A stretch of 64,000 nt of DNA. Source: Ylistrum balloti (taxonomy: Eukaryota). The stretch's first letter is position 1, and each line of letters starts with the position of its first letter. Made by a program: the position numbers and the translations under genes. The stretch spans positions 124,001-188,000 of the forward strand of contig NW_026782687.1 of assembly GCF_031769215.1 (NCBI RefSeq), given 5' to 3'. The notes under the pieces are model-generated. The model did no database searches. It worked only from the letters and a program-made list of their open reading frames with translations, and had not been told where the DNA came from. Positions 40,560 through 53,800 of this stretch are shown in pieces.

Positions 40560-43500
40560 TCAGTGATGGGATGAAGATGATTTTGTGTTCGTCTTTTTCA
40601 CCGTCCGGAGCGCCTCCTGGATGAAATCTTCAGGTAGTAGATCTCTTAGGTTGTCAATTGTGCATTGAAGGAGATAGTCCTGCAGCTCTCTGTCTCTGTA
40701 AATAAACCAGAAAGTCAAATTTAATTTCATAAAAAGACACCAAGTCGAAAAAACACGTATTCAGTATGAATATCCGATAAAATGGAGAGAGAAAAAAGTA
40801 TACAGAAATCAATTTCACCGACACTATTTGAGAATATGTTCATTATCAGACATACGTAATTGTACAATGTACAATACTATAAAGCATTAATGTATTCGTT
40901 TTATGTTTCTGATATGGTGAAATCTTAATCCTAGAACTTGGTTGTTTACTACTGCGTGCTTATAAGCCTGTATAACACCGCGAACTTTCGTTCAACTTTA
41001 AAGCATTATCATTCAAGAGTCTGAAAAATCAGCGGGGTTCTTTCTTTTAAAGTGCATTTAAATAGATTAAAAAAAGATTGGGTGTCAGGTTCCTGTTTAA
41101 TCAGAATTACATGAACGAATATCATAAGGCAGTGTTGGGTTTAGTTAGAGTTTGTTACAACTATAAGGAGATAACACACGCACCTGGCGGTCTGACTAGG
41201 AAACTCAGCGGCGTCTCGAGAGTGCGTGAAGTAAGCCCGACTCAAGCCCTTTAGTTCGGGACTTACAGCCGCATATATGGTCGTAGCCGACCCTTTTCTG
41301 GGAGTCTTTATCATACCTACAAAGAAATTATTTTAATGAAAGTAAATGGAACCCTTATCATCTGATTATTCTAATTTGCATTCTAATACAAATCTGTACA
41401 GAAGGCAATAAAAAAAAATTCCAATGGAAGGGAGATCACTCTTAAACACTTAGCTACTCAGTAAAGTTTGTTACTAAAAGGAATTAGTTATGGAATTAAT
41501 AATCAGCAATGACGAATAGTTGTAACTTAAAGAATGAACTCTATAACTTTGTTTGGATTTCATTACTAGTTCATTTGTTTGTTAAAAGACGAAAATAATT
41601 CATCTTTTGTTTTGTTGGGGGTGGTCTTTTTTTCTTACTATCAGGTCACTTGTAGTACATTTTATGTAAAAATAAAAAAATATTAACTTGATACTTACAT
41701 AAACATTTCAAACAACACCTGAAGCAGTTGAACTTTTTTCCGAAGTGTCGATTTCGTCGGTAGAGATCCTTGGTAACGTATCCCGGATGAACACTATATA
41801 ACTCTACGTGTGTTTTCTCCAACATCCGGTCTATGCTGTACATCTGCATTATCTGTAAATCACACACAAGCTTTTTAAAGCATTGAACGATATTGCTGTA
41901 CATATATGTATGATCTTTTTTTGAGAAAAAATATATTTCCGTTATATTGAACAGCAAGTAAGATCAGACCATTTCGTTTCCATTATCTCAATAATACTGA
42001 CGTCACATATTTTTTGCATAATGTTTGATATCTTTGATCATTTTTTTCTGCTCAATTTAAAAAGTGGCATAGCCATGCAAATGTAAATTTATGTGAGCAA
42101 ATGACGCGGAGATCTAAAGCACTACATGGTGAATATGTCAATTTTAATACAGAGATTGATCCTGCATCATAGCGCCACTGCCATCAAACCTATGAGGAAA
42201 TATAGTTGATAAAATTCGTATATATAAACTTGTATCTTGCCGTCTACTAATGACTACACATAATCATTAAGTGCTTATTTAGGTTTTATTTCAACATGCA
42301 TTTTTCACATTTATTGTCACAAAAAACTAATGAAGAATTATAGACTCAAATATATGTATAAATTCTTACCAAATTAAGTAGCAAAGTATGAATAAGAAAC
42401 CATTGATGGTAATTGTATAATAAATGTTTTGGAGTAACTTGTATTTGTTAACACGTCATACCGAAGATAAATTAAAGTGATGTATTTATGTTACAAGGAC
42501 GGCACATTAAGTCAGAAGTTCAAAGAATGTAATATACTTACCTGATAAAGCTTTGTGTTGCTGTAACATTGGAGAGGATCATGCTTCGCCATCCGCACAC
42601 CCGCTGCGTAGTTAGCATCATAGTGACAATGTTTGTGCGCCGCACTTGATACCAAAACGATTCTTACGTCATTTCCAGATTTTTTCATAATCGGCAGGAA
42701 ATGTGCCATTATAAGAAACTGACTGAGGTAATTGACCTTTAATAATGAGAAAAAGCGGATAATGAAATAAATGCACTTTAAGTTCATTGTGAAAATTTCA
42801 ATCTTTTACATTTATGAAACAAGATCTATTCGATATAAGCTAAGGTAGAAAGTCCTATTAGGGTAACTCCAGTCATGCTTATTTTTAAACTTCAATCTAA
42901 ATGTAACAAACATGATTTATGGTTTTAGTCATGTAAAGAACGAAACCGATGGGGTTCACTGCAGTCTCTCGAAGGAAAGGAAAAACAATCAAGATTCATT
43001 TTAATAATATGTATAAAATTCAAATAAGGTTATAATTTGGAATTAATAATGTGTCTGGAGTCGAGTTTTCTCCTATATTCGTTGTTCGAGTCATTAAAAA
43101 GACAATTAACACTAGTCACATGAACACAGTAACATGAAAGAATGTCCTACTGATCAATACTTTACCAGTGTCATCATATCACCTCACAGTCATGTATAAT
43201 CAATACTTATATCGATACTGAATTACGTGTCAGCGATAACTAGAGCGTAAGGTTTTTATAACCTTAGCCTTTTTTATTATGATTAAATAATTTATTATGG
43301 TCTGAGTATAATTAATAAAGCTGCTGTAGAAAGTCTTACCTGATATGTCAGCTCATAATTATCATCTGTCACAACTGAAAACAAAAATAGAAAAAAAAAA
43401 TGAATAGATGGTAGAACATAGTATAAGTACATATGATACATGTTTGCGAATGTCAATAGCGTCTAAACCTGACCGATCACAAATATACCTTTTTATGGAT

Positions 43501-46500
43501 GGAAAGTTGACTTTAGACTACATGATGTGTTTTTCCAATGTCACTTTAGACGTGTTTGCGTTATCATATGGTGCCCAAACAACACTCAGATAATGCAATA
43601 TTCATGATGTAGTCTTAACCTTACAGTTAATACTGCTGGTGTCGCATAACGCTTGTGAATTATTTAGTTTAACAAAAGAAAACGTCTAGGACATGCGGTG
43701 CCAATTTCTGTCTGCGCTGTTCGATATATTGCAATGCAACGCAATTTTGCTACTATGCACTATTTACAGACAATATCGATGACAACACAATCCGAAAACA
43801 ACTCATCACCATGTAATGTAGAACAGTTATAAAATGGTTGCTGTATTTGAAAGGGAAAATGCTTTTGTCACTGATACAGGTGTCCCACATGTTTACATAA
43901 AAGACGAGTCATTATTTATGTATGATGTCGCTATTCACTTGACAACAATATATTTGGGGTTGACTAATATTCTTTCACATCATAGAATATTTACCGTTGT
44001 ATCAGATGGCTATATTGTGTCAGGTATGTAGTAATGATAAGTTTTCTACTGATGATAACTAGTGGTATGGAAATATACAAGGTCATACATGTCTGACTAA
44101 TGTGAAGGAATATTTTTTCAATGCTTAGATGATAGTTCAACACATTAGGTCATTTACATATTCATAAATCCATTTTGGCTATTTACGTGATCAATAATAA
44201 AGCCAATCACGAGTTAATTAATCTTGTATTTTTTGTTTTGTTTATATAATCGTTATGTCATCTACTTGATACATACTCTCCTCAGACATCATTACACCAG
44301 CGTTGCAGATAAGGACGTGAAGTTTTCTTCCGGACGCCTTAAAGTTCTCCACAAACTCCATAGTAGATTTCAGGCTGGCCAGGTCCAGTTTCCCAAACTC
44401 TAGGCTAAGTCTATCATCGCTGATGATATTTTGTGTTAAATTTGCTTTCTCCTCTTGGAATTCCTCGTTCATCTGTTCTATTGCCTGCACAAAATTTCAT
44501 TGTCGAAAATAAGAATTCATATTAAACTCATCAACGACACCAAATATTGGTAGGTCTTGCTTAAGTGAATACATGTTGGCACCTACCATCAGTGACGAGT
44601 CTTAAAAGGACAAAACAGCTATATAATCATGTATAATAGGATATTCAGCTATATTGTATATAATTCGAAATTTGTAATGAAACATGATGTTATACACTTT
44701 TGTGACTTTATTCATTTGATTAAATGTACAACTTGTGTGAGATGTGTATTAAAAAACGTATGTGACATCCACTTACAATACGGAACTAATGAAAAATATC
44801 AATTTTACGCACTTGGTGTGAAGATGATTTCACTTGAACAAGTGTTAGTTTTGACAATTTACTAATGTTTTTTCAAACACACTGGCAGTTTTTTCTTTTA
44901 TCTTTAAATGAAACAGGAAACATCCTTATAAGATGTTAAGTATTTTAAAAAAGTCTATAATGTTTGTCATTCAACTTACGGTATGTTAATATAGATTAAC
45001 ACATGCAATATTTCGACTTATTATATACAATATATGTAAATGAGTTCACCGGATAAATCTTAAAAATATTGTATACATACATTTTAATCTGATTAAATAG
45101 GTTGATTACGTAATCTAGATAAGAATAAGTAACTCGCTTACATGTAAAAAAAAGTGTGTGTAGATTGAATATCACATCTCCGTTTAAATATTCATTGCCA
45201 CAATGACTGTGCATCGAGTTTCATTGGTTTGGTAGTCATTTAATCCTAAATCAGACGTATAAAACTAGGAGAATTGTAAATTTTACGTTATAGCTTCAAG
45301 AATAGATCAAAGAAATTACAGATATATAGATTTAATATTTGTTTGATTCTTTGACACTTGAATCGACATCAAAATCAGTTTTTTGATATCATGTATGAGT
45401 AAATTGGTATCCTTAAAGGAACTTTGTTATTATTATTATTGTAATTATTATTACTATTCATTTGTTTCAGAGACACTAGTATGATTCATACTGAATCGAG
45501 TCTATTGTCTTGAAAATCCGGATTCAAAATGATTTCCAGGTATTCTTGCTGAATTTCCAATTTATCTTTCTCAAAATCTAGCCCTGGAATCATCCCATTC
45601 ATTTATGTACAATGAACTGCGTATGCGTTGTGCAATTGATGACATTATCGACATATCTTAACATATGTGATCACGCGTAGCGGAACATAAAACAAACGAT
45701 GAAATCCTTAATTGTTTTCCTGTGATTTAATGCTAATGGTCTTATACAAACTGTATATATGACGACTAAAATCTAAGTGTAGTTTATACATTATAAAATA
45801 ACCAAAGGATTGGAAATGTCTGTAAAATGTTAGATGTAAGTAAAAAAATTACCCTTTCAGCTTTTTCCTTTGAACGGCATGCGATTATGACAGTGGGTCC
45901 CATCATGGATATAAACTTGGCGGTTTCATATCCGATACCTGGCAGATAACACAAGCAAAACAATGAAATCACAATTTGTTACACCTCTTCATATTGTACG
46001 TACGAATCACTTGTTATCTATCGTTCTATGATCAAACCAACTATAACCTATGTTATTTCCGAGAGATGCAGGTTGATACACGTTATGGGGAGGTTTTACG
46101 GGCATATTAGTGACCAGTAAGAAATATTCTATTTCTTTGTGCAATATGAAGCTCGACGTGTTTGACGCTCGTTAGTTTGCCTGTTGGTTAAGTTGTTGTA
46201 TACCTCGTTCTCATTTGAGAACGTCACATTTTTTTATTTAACCAAAATTTACATGGCGGATGTCGAAGGAGCTGAAGGCGCTTACTGTTCCGTCACACCT
46301 GGTCGTATTCTCTTATTCTCCTAGTACTTTTTTCAGGATTTTCCATGTATTTTTGTTTTGTTTTGGGTTTTGATTACATTTTGGTATATTCCTGTTGTTA
46401 TTGACAGAAATCCCTGTACTATTCGTTCCTTTTCCCATTCTTCCAAATCAAACCCAAAGTTTCATTTTGTCTTTTACTGTCATATCAAATCCCAACACTG

Positions 46501-49500
46501 AAACAAACTGTAAATATATACACAATACACACTAACTTAATATTAAGAAGGTCATTTATCTATGAAACATATTTGAAATACAATATTCTCATTTTTGTCT
46601 CCCACATATACCGCAAATAAAGTTACGTCGACCGTTAGTTATTGATTGAAAACATTAAACATTGACAAATCTAAAAAGGCATTCTAGAGTTTATGAAGAA
46701 CTGGATCATTCATCATCGTGTATCCGCTCAATGAGTTCAGTATATCAAAACACATTCAAAACAATATGGTAAACGCATGTTGATAGAATTAGCTTGTTTC
46801 CCGAAATCGATACTGCTATTTTAATGGTTTTATGTTGAACCGCACGTTTAACTAGCAATCGATCGCTTTCGTATACCAGTGGTCTAGTAAATTGTGATAG
46901 CAGCCAGAATATTAATTTGTAAATGGTTGTAATGCATATGTAATGTTTGTCGTTATTAGTGATATGTTTTTTGAATTGGATATGAAAAGTTATATTACGA
47001 ATCTGATATGATAGAGTTAGGAGTGATATCGACATTATGGTTTCAGTAGAAAAAAATTCCATACCGGATATAAAGTATACCAAAACGGCATCGTACAAGG
47101 ATAAGAATGAGCAAAGGACAATAGGATGATATATATACTCTAAAGTGTATAAAGGCATCAAAATACACATATGGACAAATTATAGCTTAAAATACAAGTA
47201 CATCACAGCATAATCTACTCCACCCAAAGGCTTCCTCGCTAAAATACAAGTACATCACAGCATCAACTACTCTACCCAAAGGACTTCTCACTAAAATACA
47301 AGTACATCACAGCATCAACTACTCTACCCAAAGGACTTCTCACTAAAATACAAGTACATCACAGCATCAACTACCCAGCCTAAAGGAATTCCTCACTAAA
47401 ATACAAGTACATCACAGCATTAACTACTCTACCAAAAGGACTTCTCATTAAAATACAAGTACATCACAGCATCAATTACTCTACCCAAAGGACTTCCTCA
47501 CTAAAATACAAGTACATCACAGCATCAACTACTCTACCCAAAGGACTTCTCACTAAAATTCAAGTTCATCTCAGCATCAACTACCCAGCCCAAAGGACTT
47601 CCTCACTAAAATACAAGTATATCACAGCATCAACTACCTAGCCCAAAGGCTTCCTCACTAAAATCCTAGTATATCACAGCATCAATTACTCTACCCAAAG
47701 GACTTCCTCACTAAAATACAAGTATATCACAGCATCAACTACTCTACCCAAAGGACTTCCTCACTAAAATACAAGTACATTACAGAATTCATCAATAAAG
47801 AAAGACATAGCCTAATTCATGGATGTCTCATTTTTACTTCAAACGTTTGTTAAACCGCGCACAGATTTGATCTGAGGACCATCTTTACAGTATGTTGCTC
47901 ATGAGATACGCTTAAAAATGGTAGAAAAACAAAAAATCGTCTCGTTAGTACATATAGTAAGGGGACGATCGTTAACATTTTGTTCGTACGAAGTGTGCTC
48001 TAGTCAACACATTGACACTGGTCCATTTAAATGTTTGACTTAACAATATACACCGAGGTATACCGTATTGTTTACTTGTGTTTCCTTGTAATGCAGAGAC
48101 CACTGAACAGTCGTTATTAGGGGTCATTTATTTTTAGCTCTTCATTGTTCATTGGTAACACGGTGCTCATGTATGATTATCTTAAACCTGGATTTGTCCG
48201 TTACGGATCACTGACTAATAATATGGAAATAAGGCATTTGGAATCACACTATTATGAGCTTATACTCATAACAGTGTAATTCCATTCATTTTTCCAAAAG
48301 AAACTTGTTTTGGTTTGATTTCAACCTATTATTTCTTCTATCTTTAGAGATATGAAAATTGATAAGAAGACAATTTGTTGTCGTCATACAAACATTTTTT
48401 ATTTGCTCTTTGAAATATTCTTAAAAGAAAATGTAAATATCTTGTTAAGTGGAATATGCGTTGGACACTTTGGTTTCTATTTAAAACAATTTGCATACTG
48501 AACAACGGTCTTATAAAGTATTGTTAGCTTGAATTATTGTTCGAATATAGTCTGATATAAGAGAAAGAAAGTATTGACATCGCTTTGAAAGTTGATGCCT
48601 TTGCTTTAAATAAGCGTGCTTTAGAAGAATTGTAAATTAATTTTAATCTGCAAATCATATATATGTACAAGTGATATATAATTTTGATAATGTACAGATG
48701 TACTAGTAATGATACTGATATGTATAATCAAGAGTAATATGTCACTTAAACACGCGAAAATCTACTGGAGTCAAGTAATGCCATTAACGGTATAGTCTAT
48801 GGATTAAGTTCGCATCTTATTCATTCTCCTTTTAAATGAAACTTAGCTATGACACATGGGCATCAATTCGGCTCCTACACATACTCACAGCCAACGAAAT
48901 CGACCAGTTTAATATTACTAAACATAGGTCTATGTAAGTGTAGGCAAAACAGTACTAATGACATATCATATAAAAACCGAAATGAATGGAATATCTATTC
49001 AGTATCGCAAATCACAATAAAAATATCCCATTCCACATTCCTTTTGTATTCTGAATTGAACAATGTATAATACAGTAAATGTGTATGAAACCTCAAATAA
49101 TGGGTGAAAGGATAAGCAATTTCTTTTAGAAGAAGAATGAAATGTATTTTTGAATCAAAATGCAAAACAATTAGTTGTCAAATTTGGGAAGGATATTTTT
49201 CATCAAAACCAAGTTGTTGTTTTTTTTCCTTCTTTTTTTTCTTTTTAAATTTTACTCATAAATCTTGTTTTTGACGAAAAATGACAACTTTAATGCAAAT
49301 TTATCATGAAATCAAATTGGATATTACAATACAAAAGTGGTGTTTGGATGTTCAGAATATTTCATCCTATTTCATAGTATACTTAACATGTATATAACGG
49401 ATCGATTTAAAACTTTCAATTCCTCTTTCTTTGTCGTTCGCTAAGGCCAATCTGTATTCTTCTATTGTTTAGTCATTATTTGTTGTCTTTTCACCTAATA

Positions 49501-50812
49501 TCACTAGATAATTTACGGAGGATATACGAAAGATCGGTATATAAAATTCTATCAATCATTCGAATTGCTATCAAATTGTCTGTTAATCAAGCAATCAGTT
49601 ACAGTAAAAAAACTAACAAGGATGAATTGAATATTTTTTTCCCTAATATTTCTTTTTAAAGTTCAGGTATATTACATTTGTATTGACGGAAGTATCAAAA
49701 GAGTCCTTCAGACATTACAGAAGTATTCTGCCGTATTTCTGAGCAATTTGAGTACCGGCTCTTGCTTTGAGAATATGCTATTATCTCGCTTTGACTTTGG
49801 TTCATATGACGGTTGATGCGTGATATTGTTTTCCTCTTGCTTATACTGATATTTACAAGTAAAGCTTATTTACTGCATTTAAATTATAACTTTGTTTTTC
49901 AATTTCAGCGAAGTAAATAGATATTAATCAATTAAGATTTAGCTTTCAAAATAGTAATTGATATTTATATTATAGTAATACTATCTGTGTGCTGATTCGT
50001 GCCATTTAGAATAAAAAAATGTTGTTAAATATGTATCGTTATTATACCTTATATTTAAGATGCATGTCTTATTAATTTCGTAATGTCATATACGTCACTT
50101 AAATAAACCATTTGAGTGGAAGAAATGTGATAACACTTGTCAAAATTGAAGAGGGCACATATTGTTCCTCAGATATAGGGAGTAGTGTACACCGTTCATT
50201 GTTATCAGGAACGCTAAGAACATGAACTCTATAGTATAACGGGTTCTTTTATATTAAAGAAATGTCCCAAGTATGTTACTATGATTATTAACATGACCTA
50301 CATATTCATTAGTTTATATGGCATGGCATACTTATACAGAAACATTTATTTCCTTACTATAGCAAAAAACAAATGAAAAGAAACAATTTATGTATACAGA
50401 CCATGCGGGTTAGGTCTGCTACAACACCTTAAGTTGAAGCACGTACTTAGGTATTGAAATATTTACGGGTAGGTGGGTTCTACCAATTAAAAAATCACAA
50501 GCTTGACTAGACGTGTCAAGAAGGTGGTAAACTGGTATCTCAGTTCTAACGTTACATATTCTTCCCTTCAACTTTAAAAAAGAGAAATATCTATAGAACG
50601 TTTAATGACAGTATTAGACATCTCTAACTGTAAATACTGCTTTCATGTAAAACCGATTAAAGTCATTGGTGTAGTGTTATGTATAAGTCTGTGGTCGGAT
50701 ATAACAGTATATACATTAGCAGGTAAACAGACTCACCTGTGTCACCCCCTGTCACGATCACCACAAAGTCCCTGGGGAGGACCACTAATGGGATACTGGC
50801 CCGGGCCCCCAT
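40560..50812 (-). CDS. SDR paralogue F, complete 8-exon gene, 340 aa, the most divergent copy
   Basis: Exons 50812-50737, 45938-45853, 44484-44277, 43374-43340, 42736-42542, 41852-41699, 41316-41184 and 40695-40560 (TGA). Total 1023 nt, in frame, GT-AG throughout. Motifs: MGARAS, TGGDTGIG, ACRS, NAG, VSS, YSNTK, HPGYV. Confidence 0.92.
46060..46400 (+). mobile_element. 3' fragment of the Penelope-like family, in intron 1 of SDR F
   Basis: Contains GAGAGATGCAGG...TTTTACGGGCAT, ATGAAGCTCGACGTGTTTGACGCTCGTTAG and GGCGGATGTCG...GCTTAC..TTCCG.CACACCTGG, shared with the other copies. Confidence 0.7.
47189..47785. repeat. 52-53-bp minisatellite, about 11 copies, in intron 1 of SDR F
   Basis: Unit AAAATACAAGTACATCACAGCATCAACTACTCTACCCAAAGGACTT(C)CTCACT, head-to-tail with no spacers. 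Confidence 0.95.
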
Positions 50813-53800
50813 GGTGTTTCTTATTAGCTACCTTGTATGTCCCGTTGTCACCTGAGTTCCATCCTCTCTCACCTGGTATTTTATAAGTCCCAACACACAC
50901 CTGGGATACCGACTGTAAACACACAGAGCTTTATACGCAAGCAATACACTATTCATCGATGGGTGTAATACGCCGATCACAAATGTGTTCACTCAACTGG
51001 TATAACGGATTATTAAGAAGGGATCTCATTGGAGGTTTGACCAACACCACTGAGCAGTCAATCTTGTAATACCACTTGGAGTCGTGGTCTTGTAGCTCTA
51101 GGTCAATGCATAGTTTATAGTCTCAATAATTAGAGACCACTCCAGGTATTGACCGATGAGATGCTTCGATAGCATTACACGTAAGCTCCATTGCTAATAA
51201 TAAAAACCAGCTTGACGATTTAACATTGCGGTATCGAACAGTCTTGGAATATGTTCGTTTGTCCATTATCACACTTCAGTCTGGCAGTAAGATATACCTG
51301 ATTTCTCGCAACGTGTCAGGTCGATACAAGCCATTGAAAATAGCCGTCACAGTGACCACATGCAGGGATGGGTATTCGGGAAATTAAGAATATTGTGATG
51401 CTGTTAAAAGTGTAGTGTATGATATATTTTCCTTTTTCATTGCACGCATGTGGAAATATCTTTTTGTCACATTGTCCTGCGGAGTTTTGCTATATTCTAA
51501 ACATTTCATAAACTGTCGTGTGTTATATGCGTGCTACATTGTTTATCTCTAAAATATTTAATATGAAAGTCCAAGTCGTTTCCCCAATTTTTATAGTATT
51601 TTCAGGAGAGAGTGAAAATGAAAGATGAAAGTCTGTTATAAACTGTTGTATTGTAATACTTTAGTTTTTAAATACTCGATGTGTTTACCATTTGTATGTC
51701 CTGCCTTTAACATATTTGAAGTCGTTATTTCAGGAGAAATTTAATTCAAATAGTCCTGTCAGATTCAATCTGCCTCGAAAGCAATCATTATCATTAGGTA
51801 TTCTAAAAGAATTGACTCATGCAGTCTGAAATCTCTTACTGTACTACCATCAGTCCAACTCTAAATAACACTGACAAATCGAGTCTCTCTTCGACTGCTA
51901 AAGGTATTTGTTAGAGCCGACAAGGCTGACATATCAAATAGAGATAATCATTGGGAATATGATTCAGCTTATGAGCATGTCGTTATTATGTTCATATTTC
52001 CATACCATATCCTTCACGGAAACATTATAAATGCCATATCTGCCTGACACTAAAAGACATTCAATTCCTCTACATAAAATATTAAAATGTAATCTTGTGG
52101 TTCATGGTCCGAGACGAACCATTCAGTAGTTTGATTAGTTCCTGGTTGGCCATTGTTGTTGTTTACACTGGGAGGAACTCTTTGTGTTTCATATTACAGA
52201 AAAAGTATTATAAAGGTGTTTGTAAATATTACATATCTTTGTAAAACAACTTATTGTAATCGAACCACCCGTTTTTTTTCTTGAATGAGTTTCATTTTAG
52301 AATTACATTTCGATGAATACTATCATGACCATATGGCATTAACTATACCGGTATATTTTCACGATTTTAGACGTCCAAAAAATAATAAATTCTCATGTTG
52401 TTGCAGTATCATTCATGTAACAAATATCAAATCCATCGTTGCTTTTATCCGGGACCAACGTTAAGACACATATATCAGGGTAATTTTTGATGGCTTAATT
52501 GATTTTTTATTTTTTATGTTGTTTACATTAATACAATAGGATCTACATTGATATGTTGTAAATTATCCTCTCTGCATTAGATGCTAATTCACGATTATTG
52601 GTCCTTTCTTCCAGTTGTCCTTATCATTCAGAGTCAGTGGAACGAGTTTTTTCCAATTATTTATTTCTGTCCAGAACGTCATTTTGTATTTAATATTTCA
52701 CGTTTTCCAGTTATGTGACCTAGAGTCTCAGTGTTGTTTTAATAATTCATATTCAATAAGATGTAAAAGCGTCACATTATTTATGGAATATCACAAACTC
52801 TTTGATGTTCATATCTGCTCTGGACACAAGACGTTAATCTGTATCCATCGATAACTGTTGTTCTAATGTTCTCCAAAAATGTATCAGTAATACCTTGAAC
52901 ATTGAAACGGGAAGGGGGGGGAATCGAACCAATCAATATCATATGCCTAAGTGATTGGTTTGAAAACATATCTTGCTATACGTATATCTCGTAAAAATGG
53001 ATTAATCAAAGAATGTGACATTTCCAGGAATGAGGTTATGGAAATATGTAATTGGCAACAAACAATATTTTTTTACTGCGGCTGGATCCCGGGCTGATAT
53101 CAATTATTTAGACATTCATTACTTCTAATTATGTCTTGTTAATTTACTTTTACAACATTATCCTTACAAAGTACAACATTGTAGGAAAATAGGCCTTCTA
53201 AGTGATCAATATCGTGCATACAAATTGATGCGGATTGGGAAAAAATAGCGCCGTCATAACCATGAGAATCCTAAATTATCAAGCATTGTTATCTTAAATT
53301 CGTATTTCATGCCCACTGTTGTGCTTGCTTTCAGTGCGCCATGAATAAATGTTTCCACTTTTATCAACGTTCTATATCTGACGGTAATTAAAGGAAGGGT
53401 TGGTTGACCAATTAGTTGTTACATATATGTATAAACGATTGTACTATTTCATGAATGTAAACTGTTGATACTTTAAAGATCGATGTCTTTATAACATAAC
53501 ATCTAAGGACATTGGCATGTAATGCATTCCTCTGTTAATGTTTAGATGAAAACACTTCGACCGGATTCATGTCATGTTAAAAGAGCTCTTCTGAGCGGGA
53601 CAATTTTTTAACTTTGTTGATACTTAGGGTTTACAATGATCAATAAAGCAAAAGAATGATCGATGTTGTATTTGAAGTAGGTTAAATGCAGTTATATTTT
53701 CAGATTTTATTTTCTATGTTAATGTTTTAAACATATATATAAAGAATTATCTTGAAAGAATAATAACTTCATTTATTACAGAAATTTAATCCAAATACAC

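Noticed and set aside
47189-47785. CRISPR-like appearance of the regular repeats (also 60576-61068 and 16258-16840)
   Set aside because: The units are contiguous with no unique spacers, there are no cas genes, and the context is eukaryotic introns.
877-50812. Assigning a gene symbol (RDH11/12/13/14, WWOX, DHRSX) to the SDRs
   Set aside because: The motifs place them in this broad group, but there are no WW domains or N-terminal anchor, and orthology needs a phylogeny.
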